Source: a virus
Taxonomy: Duplodnaviria; Caudoviricetes
DNA length: 64,000 nucleotides
IMG/VR virus record: IMGVR_UViG_3300042268_000564
Direction: 5' to 3' (one strand)
Of this stretch, positions 47,376 to 59,597 are shown in pieces; position 1 is the first letter of the stretch; each line of letters begins with the position of its first letter. Below the pieces are notes generated by a model, which saw nothing but the letters and a program-made list of their open reading frames with translations, did not search any database and was not told where the DNA came from. The translations under genes and the position numbers were made by a program.

Positions 47376-50300
47376 ATCAGAGGCTTCAAAATAGCCTGAT
47401 TAAAGGATTGTTTCTTTTTAAGAAAAATCCTGATTTGAGAGTTTTCTAAAAAAAACTCTGATGCAATCTTATAAACCTTAAAAAAAGCGGGACTAAATAT
47501 TTCAAGTTGACAATGTTTGCTATTTGTCTATAATAACCTTAGAAAGAGGTAAAATTATGGACATCATGTGGTTGATGGTTACTTTATCGTCAATGGTTCA
47601 GGTAGTATGCTTCTCTATGGCAATATACTACGCCGTAAAACTGTATGAAACAGCGAAAAGCGTATGGAAGGCACTGTAAATGAATAAAGCTAGTGTAGCA
47701 CACCTGATAAAAGAGCTTGATGGACTGTCGATTAATGGAAAAATATTTTTCTTTGCTTTGGGCTGGTCGATATATTCTAATCCTAAATTTATTATATTGC
47801 CACCCAGCATGGAGACAAACGCAAGCGAAATAATAAATCATATCAGCCATGACATGGTTAGATTGCTTTCTGTTAAGCTGAAGTGGCTTTACAGGCAATA
47901 TAAGAATGGTTTTAAACAATGGTGGGAAATCATGGAGGCTGAAAGCAAAATAAGCCCCAGAGAATACTGGCGACGCAGATACTTCAACTGGCTCCTTTTG
48001 TCTGACCAGATGATGGACGCACGTCCCTTCAGAGAAGGGTTCATGCTTAGAGCTTTTTTGGAACGACGGGATTGTAATGCAAGTTGCGAGATAAGCGTTC
48101 ATGATTCTACATTTGAAGAAATTAATACGGCAGATGTTCGTATAGCGATTACACCACTTACGATTGTTATGAGAGAATTGATTTATGATTTAAGTTTCCC
48201 TTTGGAAAAAGAAAATTTCCCAGGAGTAGATTTGCTATGAAAACTATCAATTTATGCGGTGAAGCAAATTGGAAGTGCTACGTGGCAGCTTGCCATGCAG
48301 CTTATGCAATGGTGCCTAGAGAGTTGCGATTAAAGCTCAAAAACGATGGCGAAGCAGGTGGCACAACTGGCAATCTGTATGACAAGGCATTTAGAGCAAT
48401 GAAGCCTGATGATATCCTTCATTACCTTGCCATAATAAATAAACAAGAAAAAGAATGGTGCAGATTATGGGGACTGACTCTACCGTTTTCAGAGCCATAC
48501 TGGTTCAAAAATGCCTTTATAAACTGGTCGTTTATGGCACCGGACGTAGTAAACATATTTGCTTCAATTAAAACCATCCAAGAAGCTTATATTTTCTTGA
48601 AAAATCACACCTACGAAGAGTTAACAACAGCTCTCGATGGATATGCTAATGGCGAACCACAAACAAAGCACAAACTACTCATGATGCTTATGGATTGCCT
48701 CTTATGTTCGCCTGAGCACAAGACAAGGGCATTACAAGGAAATATGTCGCCGAATTTTTTTGAGTTGGAAAGAGTTCATCTTTTGATTTGACATTGTCCA
48801 TGTAACTTTTACAATAAACTTATGGATATAGAGTTAATAAAAAATCATCCAGAGAAATATCGTTTAATTGCGATGGCTTATGCTATTGTCGATAGATTCT
48901 TGCTGGAATTAGATGAGCTTTTTGATGGACTGGCAAGGTATGCTTTGCCAAAAAAAGTTTTGTCTTATCTCATGTCAAAAGATGGGCAGCAAGCTGTAAA
49001 TGATAGATATAACTTTGTTGTCACTGAACGTTCAAAAATGCTACAGATTACAAGCGAAGATGATTATTTGATTTGGATATTAGCTGGCAAGCCTCAATAT
49101 GGCGAGGAAATTGACATTACCCTATTGCATACGAGCTTTGTGGCTTACACTGTGCAAGCTTTATTGATTCACGAAAGACGAGAAGAATATCATGGATACA
49201 TCTAATCCTTGCTCAGAGGTGTTTCTTGATACGGAGCCGACATTTTCAACAGCTTTTCATGTTTCGGTTGCGAATGTTTCCGATGCAGTTATGTTCATAT
49301 TCGACAATGATTTGCTCGACATCGCCACAGCAGTAGCCTTATTTTATGCCGCTGAAGATGTAATTAATTGGGATAAAAGACGAGATATTGACAAGATTCT
49401 CTCTATCATGGACGAAACAAACAAAGACTTCCAAGAATGGCGCAATGACGGCATGACAGCCTTAGAGGCAACATATTATGCCGTATTTAAGGAATATCGA
49501 ATTGTAAGCATGTTGCCACTTGATTACATCAAAGCTATACTGGATTTGAACCATCGTCATGCAGCATTTGGACTAGAATCAGCCTTCCCGAAATATGTTT
49601 TCCTGCTCAATATGCGTGTGCAAGGCAGGGTTGAAAACCCCGACACAATGGACTATGTAGACATAGAATTAAACGAACAGCTTGAACCTGACTTCCTGAT
49701 TACACTCAAGAAATACTGCCTGTCCTTCAACCAGAGGTTTAATGATATCCTATGACAGCAATAAAATATTATGGAACGCCTATCGTTACGGATACGTGGC
49801 ATGAATTGCAGAAAATGATGGCTGCAAAATATAGTTTTCCCGGTGGCAGTCGCTTGTATTTATCTGGCGACACGTTTAACGGACATAGGAGCGTATCTAT
49901 GCGTTATGCGAGCTATATTCATGACCCTCAGCATTACAAAGAAGAGAATAACCGTGTTCTTTGGCGTAATGGCGATATAATTGTCATGGAAGATAAAAAA
50001 ACAGCCATCCCGCCGGAGCTTTTCATTATTATTGTGGCTATGGCACGCAGGATAGAGCAAGACAATCGTTTCCTTAATACAAATAATTACCAAGACCTCT
50101 TATTGCTCGATACATTGCAACCCACAAAAGAAGAGCTTGACGTTACTCTTGTGATGCAAAATATAATTGAAACTACATTCGAGAAACATAAAACCGCGAC
50201 ACTAGTCAACCCCGTAAGCATGGCTGCCTTGTTGCAACACAGGCTGAATTATGAGAAATGGAAAGCTGTGCAAAAAGAGCAAGGAGACTGGTTATGACAA

Positions 50301-53145
50301 TCCCTTGCATGGGGGGAAGCATTGAAAAAGTTAGCAATGCTCACTTATATCTAAAAATTATCACATCACCTGAAATTATAACTTTTGTCTCTTCAAAAGA
50401 ATGGAACGACATCATAGAATCAATTTGGGCTTGGAAGCTGCAACAAATCATTACCGCAGAATCATTAATGCTTGAACAGCACGGGCGATTCCTTGACCCG
50501 AACAAAATGTCTGATATCGAATTTGTGAAAAATACCCAAGCTTTCCATGATAATTTCAAGCATATAAATATAGGAATGCACGCTATCTACATTATTGATA
50601 AGCTCATTGTTCATTTTAAATATTTGTTGATGCATTGGAATAGATTTAAAAAAGCCTATGATGAGATTCAACGTCTACAAAAAGAAAGCCCTTATTTGAT
50701 ATGATTCATCCATCCGTCTTTGGACTCAAGCATGACATTGACTGCATTTTCAACATTAATGCGCAAAGTGGATGTCCATTGCAAGTCGTAGATAGCGTTA
50801 ATACTCTGAAACATTTAGCGGAGGTGGGGATTCTCCCTGTGGCATATGCTGTGTTTAGGTTTCTTGAGGCTTGTAGGCGGTTTCCAATGCAGGACGATTA
50901 TGATGGCATTAAACTTTTTCTTTCTAAGAATAGTGATATGTCGATTGTTCACGATGCTACCAGATTATTGTGCAGGGCATTCCCCGCAGATGCTACAGCT
51001 TTTGAGAAATATCTTGCATGCATTAATTTAAAAGCTCAGGTGCAATGCGATGCGAAATTGCAGGTAGAGTTGTCTTATTTCACAGAGATTTTTCATGCTG
51101 TAGGTAGAGATGATTATGACTTGCTTAAAGATACATTACAACTCGACTACGAAGCCACAGATACTGTGATTAAATTTATCATAGAGAACAATTGCTTGCC
51201 GCAGGTAATATTCCTGCTCAGGAAACATAAGATTGACAAAAATACCAGCGACAAACTTGCACAAATACAGACAGAGATAAACAAACTTAGAAAAATGACC
51301 ACAGCCTCAGCCTATATATTTACAGCATATATAGTGCTATTCAACAACAAATTCGCCATCAAAAAAGATAAGTTACAGCAAGAAATAGAAGCAACCTCTA
51401 ATCTCATGCACGATAAAATGCTCATAAACGTCCGTAACGCTGGTTTTATTAATCTCCTATACAAAAAGATTACCAATACCAATAGAACGCCAGCAGACCC
51501 CCAAAAAAGAGAAGTAACCGAACCAATCTCACCAACCAATATCATAAATCTTAAATCTTTTAACTTGACAACTTGCCACGAGCTTTTATAATAAAAGCAC
51601 AGGAGGGCAAGGAATATGTTAATCATGAAGGTGCAAGAGTTGATACCTTTGGCTTACCAGATAGAGAAGGAAAAGATACTGCCAGTAATACACGCTTGCT
51701 GGAAGACTGGTAAGGGGCTGGGTAATATCAACAGAACTGAAGTGGTTGATACGCCAACGGAAGCGATTGAAATACTGGACTTTATTATGTTCGCCAGCAA
51801 AGATTCCAAATGGTATAGCCATCTTTCTGACAAAACTGAAACAGTAAGGGTATACCCCGATTCTATCTATAAATATCTCAGACATCGTAAGGTGCTTACC
51901 AAAAAACTTACCCTTACAAAAGCTTTCATTAAAGCTTGTAAAGAGTGCCAGCCAATTGATGAATATCATGGGATGCTGTAATGGAATATTTGGTCAGACC
52001 TTCTATACATGGCGTTAGAGCCGATATAAAAGCCCTTAAAGAGGGTCATGTCGATACTGCCGACATTATCTACATGAGACGACGAAGCGCAGCAGCACGG
52101 CTTGGATTAATCCCAACCATAAACCTTGTAGCCAATTTCATTATGTATCATGATTATTTTCCCGCCCTGCAAATGGTGCCGCACCTTTGTTCAGGGTTCT
52201 ACCAGAACAATGATAGAGCCCCTGTAGCCTCTTTAATTTATCATCTCCAATTTAAGGACGTGCCGCCAGAACCACAAGACAAAATCGTAATCTCATTCTC
52301 TTACTTAAAGCTTTTAAAAGCCGCACAAGAATTTTTTGAAAAGATTAAATGGAAATTTACCAATGAAACATGTTCTAATTTATTGGAAATAGCACTCGGC
52401 GAGAATGTGCCGTTCAGGCACGAGAAAGTAAAAATGCACTCTGCTCTTGAACATAGCGGGTTACTTGCACTTGCGCAAGCATTCGCAAGCTTTATCTACA
52501 AGTTTCAAAGGCTTCCTAACCATAACCACATAGCCGATGTTGAAGAGCTGGATATTACACCTCTAAAAAGCTACGAACAAGAATATGCCACTTTCCTTGT
52601 TACTGCCGCAGACAAAATAATCTATTACGCAAATGATGAGCTTGCCGGATATCTACAAAGTTTATACAACGAAATTACCCTCCTCAAAGAAATGAAGAGT
52701 AAACTAAGAAAACAAGAGGCAGGCTTGCTATGAGACGATATGCAATAAAAGCCTTAACGCCACTTACAAAACAAATCCTTGAACTGGACATTCTTACACC
52801 TATTTTATGTTGTTGCCAATTTAAGACGATGCCATTACAGATAACAAAATTAGACATGATAAAAACGCAGGAGGTAATAAGCCGTTTTTTTTACAGGCAA
52901 ACACCAGAAGCATTATTATTTGACATTGCAAGAGTTTTGTATATAAACGATGATTATCATGTTGAACTTGCGAGAGTAGATGAAGATATAGAATTGACTA
53001 AGGAATTTATTTATACTCATCGCAGAATTTTATTGCATGATTTGCTAATGTTTTGTAATGAACCACCAGCTAAACCCTTGCTCTTGCCAGAAGTAATCCA
53101 AGATTGCCTTGTTTTGACACGAACCGAAAGATACCACGAACTGTT

Positions 53146-53619
53146 ATGATATTAACCAGAGAAGAAATAATCCCCATCTTACAAGGCAAATCTGAATACG
53201 ACTATTCCTATAACATAAACATTATGAAACTCTACCAAACTGCCAGCAAAATCAATAGGACAAAATATCTTAAACAAGTATTCAAAGCTCAAGTAGAATC
53301 AATACTATGGAACAACAGATTCCTCGACGCAAATAACTATATCGACATAGAACTCATCAAAAAACAAAACGACAGCCCCATCCCAACACTCGACTTTCAA
53401 AAACGTTACGCTACCCTATTCTTCAGACATAACGTATATTCACGAACATTCAACCTAATACAGGCGTTACTTGCTTTGATTAATTTTGGCGTTGAAATAA
53501 CTGCTCATAAGGGTGAAATCTGCACTTATGTAATGCCTCAGATATCTTTGGATTTTTATAAGGAGCAAGTGAAGCTTTACAGGGCTTTTAAACCGATGAA
53601 GGTAATAGAGGTGCTATAG
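53146..53619 (+). CDS. paralog-array member
   Basis: NRFLDANNYIDIELI; close paralog of 53619-54119 (PQI.L.FY.EQ..LYRAFKP). Confidence 0.75.
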   Translation: MILTREEIIPILQGKSEYDYSYNINIMKLYQTASKINRTKYLKQVFKAQVESILWNNRFLDANNYIDIELIKKQNDSPIPTLDFQKRYATLFFRHNVYSRTFNLIQALLALINFGVEITAHKGEICTYVMPQISLDFYKEQVKLYRAFKPMKVIEVL

Positions 53620-54119
53620 TGCTGACAGAACTGACAGAAAAAGAAATAGTTGCCATATTGCGTGGATATGGTAAGGCAGATTATCTTGGTATTTTTGATG
53701 CAAATAAGTTGCGAGCTACCGCAACCAAACTCAATAATACCAAAATCCTGAAAAAAATTTTTAAAGCACAATTACAAGCAATCCTTGAATATAACAGGTT
53801 CCTTAATGCTAATAATTATACAGACATAGCCCTGATAGACGCTCAAGATGAAGCGCCCATAGAAAAAATAGCCAGCAGCAATAGAACTCATCGCATTGCT
53901 TTAAAAGGGTCAGCACAAAGCTATAATACCACTCAATTTCTACTCGGTCTTATCCATCGAGATTTAACAATAGTTCACGACCCGGCGTTTTCATTATATA
54001 GTGTACCCCCTGAAATTCAGGCAGTTGTGATTCCCCAAATTCCTCTTAGTTTCTATCACGAACAGCTAAGATTGTATAGGGCTTTTAAACCTCATGAACC
54101 AAAACATATCATTCTTTGA
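53619..54119 (+). CDS. paralog-array member
   Basis: NRFLNANNYTDIALI. Confidence 0.75.
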   Translation: MLTELTEKEIVAILRGYGKADYLGIFDANKLRATATKLNNTKILKKIFKAQLQAILEYNRFLNANNYTDIALIDAQDEAPIEKIASSNRTHRIALKGSAQSYNTTQFLLGLIHRDLTIVHDPAFSLYSVPPEIQAVVIPQIPLSFYHEQLRLYRAFKPHEPKHIIL

Positions 54120-55606
54120 CCCAAAACCCTACTTGATAGGACATAAAGACAATCTCATTAGTGAACTGCTCACGTCGCGTCCAGTTTATGGCGAAACAGT
54201 TTCAATAGTGAATAATATGACAGCAATTGTTCAACATAACTTGCAATCCATTGTTGCGGCAGTAGCCTATACCATCTACGCCAAACATAGACTTCCCGAC
54301 TACGACAATCTGCAAGGTGACCATAAAATTATTTTCAATGAAGCCGAAAAATTACTTGTAGACCTTACCAACCTTTATAATAGAGCTGAAACCTTTATGG
54401 AAGGTAATTCAGTACAATATGTGACCTTAAAACTAATCAGAGCCATCACACTCGACCACAACGAATTCAGACGAATCAAGGTGATGAGACAATACAATAG
54501 ACAACTACCCGAAACCGCAATAGACATCAACTACTTCATCAACCTTAAAGCCATCTTAACACAACAAGATTTTATTACGCCTGAGATTATGATTTGACAA
54601 TAGTCACCTCTGCTTTATAATGAGATTATGGGACAAAATGCAGATTACAAATCTTTTGCCAAAAAGCTAATGGATGACAAGCTTAAAGAAAAGAAAGAGC
54701 TTGTAAAGGTTGCTATTAAGATTCAAAATCTGCCACAAGAACAGCACTTCATTGCTTTGGCTTATGCTTACTTGGCAGTGAATACCATAAGCCCATACAA
54801 AATTAAACCAGAGCCATTAGAATTAGACATATTAAGCCAATTCACCCAAGAGAATGTTATAACAGCAGCAATACACTTACAAAGCATTGAAGGAAAATGG
54901 GTTGTTATCCTGCCTGCATGGCAAAGTGTAGAAAAAATGAAGGAATTCGTTCACAGCTCTTATATGAGCTGGTTATTCTTTTCGAGACGACCGCAATACT
55001 GGCAAATACTCAGAAAAGACCTCATCCTAAGCTCTCTAATGCTGGGTGAAGAACAACTTGTTGATTTTTATAGTAAGCCGTTCAAAGAAATCAATGGATA
55101 CCACCTGAGAGATTACGAACCATCAAATGTTGCTCTATTCCTCAAAAAGATTTACGACGAATATCCCAATTTCTATGACTGGAATAAACTACTTAAACCA
55201 AGAACCAAAGAAATCCAACTCATGGACAATCTGTTATGACTTTTAAATTTAATTTTGCCCCCTTTATCAGTTCAAAAACAGCCGAGGAGGCTATTAAACA
55301 CTTGCGACCTTATTCCAGAATTGTTGTGGCACTTGCACAAAAACTGCTCACAACTAGCAAAAAGGATTTGTTGACGCTTGACGATATGGAATTCATATAC
55401 AAGACCGACGACCTCCCTTTTCAAGAACTTATGGCTGATGTAGAGAATAACATTATTCATGGCATACCAATATCCTTATCCCATGACACTACCAAAGACC
55501 TTATAATCAGAATCTTTGGCAATTATCCCAAAAATATCAAACACGATTATTTTGTTAAACTACAACAAGCCTATGACAATTACCTGACAACAAAAGAGAT
55601 TATGCT

Positions 55607-56224
55607 GTGATTACTAGAGCCGAAATACTCAGACAACTAGCTGATTCCTGTGAAAAAGAAATAAAACTATGCAAAGAACAATACGAAGATATCATATTCC
55701 CCACACACATAAGCAGAGCAGACGCCTTGAGTAAATTTTCTGAACCATATTTCGGAAAAATCCAAGACTACCTTCCATATATCGGCAACCTCAACCCCGA
55801 AAAGCACATAAAAGAACTGGAACCATACAAAAAAGAAATTATTGCTACCGCTCATAAACTATACTGCACAGTAGATTTTCTTAATCCAAACAAAGCTAAA
55901 GACTTGGATTTAATAGCAAAATATCACGTACTCAGAACAAGCTTATTCGATAACACAGCAAAGCACCTCTCAATGGATTCAACCGACCCTCAAAACCCTT
56001 TCTATAATTACACTGCTTTCCAAAACACCGAAGCAAGAACTACTGTAGTAATGACAATCATCGCAGCAACAATAACCAATAAAAGAGCTTATAATAAGGT
56101 GCCCACAACAATCAAAAATGAAAACATATTCATTGAACTCAACTACTTCAAAAAATTACACAAAATATACAAACAATACGAAACACTTAAACAAGTAAAC
56201 CAACAACCACCAGAATTGATTTGA
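55607..56224 (+). CDS. paralog-array member ending QPPELI*
   Basis: IIATAHKL...FLNPNKAKDLDLI. Confidence 0.7.
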   Translation: MITRAEILRQLADSCEKEIKLCKEQYEDIIFPTHISRADALSKFSEPYFGKIQDYLPYIGNLNPEKHIKELEPYKKEIIATAHKLYCTVDFLNPNKAKDLDLIAKYHVLRTSLFDNTAKHLSMDSTDPQNPFYNYTAFQNTEARTTVVMTIIAATITNKRAYNKVPTTIKNENIFIELNYFKKLHKIYKQYETLKQVNQQPPELI

Positions 56225-56265
56225 CAATCTAACAACTCGATTTATAATAAGATTAAGGTGCTATT

Positions 56266-56784
56266 ATGAATGTTATAATTCCAAGCAATGATAAGGATGC
56301 AAGGCATTGGATTGAAGAGTTTTCACGGGGATACCCCATTTTGTTTGGAAGTTATGCGGCGTATGTCAAGATGAAAAAAGAGGTATATAGCAAGGCATTA
56401 AATAAATACGGGAATATCGTAAAACTCACCGCAATCAAGCTTGCCACAAATCAAAGATTCCTCGACCCGAAAAAGCCAGCCGACTTGGAATTATTGGCAA
56501 GCTTCACAGAAGAGAAACCAATCACGCCGCACATAGAAGATGTAATCCGTTGCGCAAATACTTATCGACAAGGACTATTGGAGAATATAAACAATAGAAT
56601 GCAAGGAATCATCATTAATATCATTGCTGCCTCAATCGCAGGACTTACAATAGATGAAAATAATCTGCCAGAGAAACTGGACAAGCCTATCATACCACTC
56701 AAATATTACACAGAACTTGACAAAGAATTGAATAAATACATCAACCTCAAAAATGAATTCCGTAAACCACCAGAATTAATATGA
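56266..56784 (+). CDS. paralog-array member ending KPPELI*
   Basis: TAIKL...RFLDPKKPADLELL. Confidence 0.7.
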   Translation: MNVIIPSNDKDARHWIEEFSRGYPILFGSYAAYVKMKKEVYSKALNKYGNIVKLTAIKLATNQRFLDPKKPADLELLASFTEEKPITPHIEDVIRCANTYRQGLLENINNRMQGIIINIIAASIAGLTIDENNLPEKLDKPIIPLKYYTELDKELNKYINLKNEFRKPPELI

Positions 56785-57265
56785 ATACAGAACAACATAT
56801 CTACTACTCATCAAACGGAAAGCATAGAGACATCAGAAGCCTGAGCGACACAAACAAAACAATAGACCTTGCATGTGAAACAAAACAATTGCTACAAGCT
56901 GCCGAAATATTACAGCCCTACGCCAAAGTAATCGTTGCCACTGCAATTAAAAATCAAAGTTATCCATAACTGGTTAGAACCAATGAAAGATATCGAACTT
57001 ATCCAAGACGCCAATAAAGAACTATTCGAAATCGCCGTCGCTGAAATCCACGAAACAAAAAGCCTAAACCACATAATACCAAGAGAAGATACAGACATAA
57101 ACAAACGCCATAATCAAAAGAATCATACTCAGAATAGCAATCACCATCAACACAAAAAAGAAAAATCCTTTCAGATTCTATATCGAACCAAAATACTTCG
57201 CCGAACTCCAAGCAATATTCAACAATAATTCCAATAACCTCAATGAACTCACAAATCTATTATGA
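56781..57265 (+). pseudogene. paralog-array member broken by two +1 frameshifts
   Basis: Frame A ...VIVATAIK; frame B HNWLEPMKDIELI; frame C IIKRII...FYIEPKYF...NELTNLL*. Confidence 0.7.
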
Positions 57266-57726
57266 AACTTGAAGCCCAAATCAACTACGGATACGAAACC
57301 AAAACAACAGCCATCAAAGCACTACTCGGTAATAACCATAACCACACTAAAGTCTTAACACCATTCAAAGACAGATTAAGCTTAACTCTTAAAGAACTAC
57401 GCCCTTGTGCTCGGATAATTGTTGCTATTGCACTTAAGCTTCAAAACTCTAATGATTGGCTCGACCCGATAAAAGATAAAGAACTCATCGACAACGCCGA
57501 TGAAAATATTTATACTCTAGTCGAAACCCAAATAAATAGATGCCCCTCTGAATTATTCCTCATCCCATGCGAAGGAAACACAACCACACATATCATCCAA
57601 AGAATCATAGCCGCAACAGGAAACAAAAAAACAAACGTCTTTTTCATAAGACCCGATTTCTTTAAATTAATGCTCATACAATACCTCACCATCAATAACA
57701 CAAAACTAATCGATAAATTAATTTGA
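57262..57726 (+). CDS. paralog-array member
   Basis: IIVAIALKL...WLDPIKDKELI. Confidence 0.7.
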   Translation: MKLEAQINYGYETKTTAIKALLGNNHNHTKVLTPFKDRLSLTLKELRPCARIIVAIALKLQNSNDWLDPIKDKELIDNADENIYTLVETQINRCPSELFLIPCEGNTTTHIIQRIIAATGNKKTNVFFIRPDFFKLMLIQYLTINNTKLIDKLI

Positions 57727-57756
57727 CAATCTCACCCCTTTGTTCATAATAAGGTT

Positions 57757-58293
57757 ATGAAAAAGACTCTTATTGATAGTTTTGTCAGATATTCTCAGGA
57801 GGGGAAAGAGATTGACCTGTTCAGGTTAGTTGACCCTACGAGAAAGACATTAAATGGGAAGCTTATACAAGCCAAAGATGTAACAATTTTGACAGGTAAG
57901 AACTTTTTGTTAGCACAGGCTCATAAACTTCAAGAATACGCAAATGTGATAGTTGCCACTGCAACAAAACTCAGATTCTTTGAAGAATGGCTCGAACCCG
58001 ACAGAGATAAAAATTACCTCGAAGCAGAGGATAATGTGCCAGCTTACCAGAGAATAATTACCGACATCGGAAATAGAGAAAATGTTATATTCCTTATAAA
58101 GGGAACAAGCATAACCTCTATTATTCACAGAATATTATTCCACACGGCATTGTCAGAAAAAGACTTTCTTACCAATACAGATGAAGAGAGAATATTAATA
58201 AACCCAATATTATTTGACTACATACAAAATAAAAAAATCATACACTACCAAAGCCAAGAAGCCCTCAGACTCGAAGAAAAGAACCTATTATGA
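57757..58293 (+). CDS. paralog-array member (leaderless)
   Basis: VIVATATKL...WLEPDRD; promoter TTGACA-N16-CATAAT-N6-ATG. Confidence 0.7.
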   Translation: MKKTLIDSFVRYSQEGKEIDLFRLVDPTRKTLNGKLIQAKDVTILTGKNFLLAQAHKLQEYANVIVATATKLRFFEEWLEPDRDKNYLEAEDNVPAYQRIITDIGNRENVIFLIKGTSITSIIHRILFHTALSEKDFLTNTDEERILINPILFDYIQNKKIIHYQSQEALRLEEKNLL

Positions 58294-58499
58294 GAACAGA
58301 GAACTACATAAGTTATTCTGAACAGGGAAAACGTTACGACCTTGCCGAATTGTCCGATAAAGCTACAATACTACCAAATACAATGCCACCCAAATACATA
58401 ACCAATGAACACATCAACGAACTAATATACTTCCAAACAATAACACTGAACCTCAGCCAATACCTTATAGCAAAAAACAAAACAATAACAATACCCCAC

Positions 58500-59200
58500 C
58501 AATACTACTATAACTACCATAACCAAACATAACCATAACCAAACATAATCCCCCCCCTACTTCCTACTTGACACTTCCTTGACTTTGAGTATATAAAAAC
58601 CGCTTATTATAACGAAATCCACGCTGTGTCAAGTATATTTTTTTATTCAGGGAACAAAGCTGATATATCAATGCATATCGCTCATATCTGCACCACGCAA
58701 GCCCCCTCAATACCTCATAAATGCAATATCTAAGGGTTCCGCCATATCAAGGTAGCGTAAACAATGATTATAACAAGTAATTATAGCATTCGAAAATAAG
58801 CGTTTTTTGAGGGTAACTGCGGTAATTTTACCACACCCTGTAATCCGCATCAGCAGCGGGTTTAGAGTGTATCGCATTTATAATACACCGCATGAATAGC
58901 GGGTTTGCGGGTTATCGTTATTCTGATAATAGGGCTAAAAGTGAGGTATTTTTACCACAGTTTTTAGGTTAAAATTTGTGGAATTTCGTCCGAGTTCAGG
59001 CGTTCGGTTGTAATTTATGATTAGATTTGATGGATTTTGAGGAGATTGTGAAAAGATTTGTTGGATATGGCGCAAAACAACACGTCGCTATTGATGGGGC
59101 TTTGCAATATATCTGTCGGGGGTTGAGATGAATGTGAGATGGGGTAGTTTTGGAATATTTCACAAAGTTTAGATATGAAATGATTTGACAATATGGGGGT
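58500..59200. other. non-coding hub at a strand-composition switch (candidate packaging start, genome end or replication origin/terminus)
   Basis: A/C-rich left side, G/T-rich right side; (CATAACCAAACATAA)x2, C run, inverted and direct repeats; flanking gene blocks converge. Confidence 0.5.
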
Positions 59201-59212
59201 ATTGGTTATAAT
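59185..59212 (+). promoter_or_regulatory. promoter, 16-bp spacer
   Basis: TTGACA-N16-TATAAT. Confidence 0.75.
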
Positions 59213-59392
59213 GTGTAATGATATAGAATGGACAATGTAATTATGCTGTTGAATCTTATGATTCTTGTATTAGCAGTATAGTTGCAGGCTGAAAGAAGTT
59301 ATGTCTTTACATTATTCTTTCTGACGCTATAGGTGGTTCAGGGAGGGTTTTCCGAAATTTACCTTCTTGATAGCTGTTAGTGGTGACATATT

Positions 59393-59427
59393 AAAAAGAG
59401 CCAGCAAGTTTCCTGTTGGCTCTTTTT
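59393..59427. terminator. bidirectional terminator
   Basis: AAAAAGAGCCAGCA...TGTTGGCTCTTTTT. Confidence 0.8.
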
Positions 59428-59597
59428 GTTTTTAGGGCTTTCCTGATGATTTGGTTGGATGAAAGGTGTTTTGATGTGACAGGGAAGATTCGGGTTGCGT
59501 GTCGAGGCTTTAATTAGGTATAATAAATATTGACATAGCGCTTTGAGTGTTTGTTGGACTCGAAGACGTTTAAAGAGACAGGTGGCTGTCTCTTTTT

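Larger units (their letters stand above)
47680..58293 (+). repeat. tandem array of about 20 co-oriented genes, at least 13 of them diverged paralogs
   Basis: Shared motif I(I/V)A.A.kl...r(F/W)L(d/n)p....D(i/l)eLi; nearly all end in two hydrophobic residues; internal promoters at 48788, 51565, 54594, 56221, 57723. Confidence 0.75.

Noticed and set aside
47680-58532. Diversity-generating retroelement as the source of paralog diversity
   Set aside because: No reverse transcriptase and no near-identical template/variable repeat pair differing at adenines seen.
58735-58762. dif/Xer-like site GGTTCCGCCATATCAAGGTAGCGTAAAC
   Set aside because: Only loose similarity; the conserved TTATGTTAAA-type XerD arm is absent.
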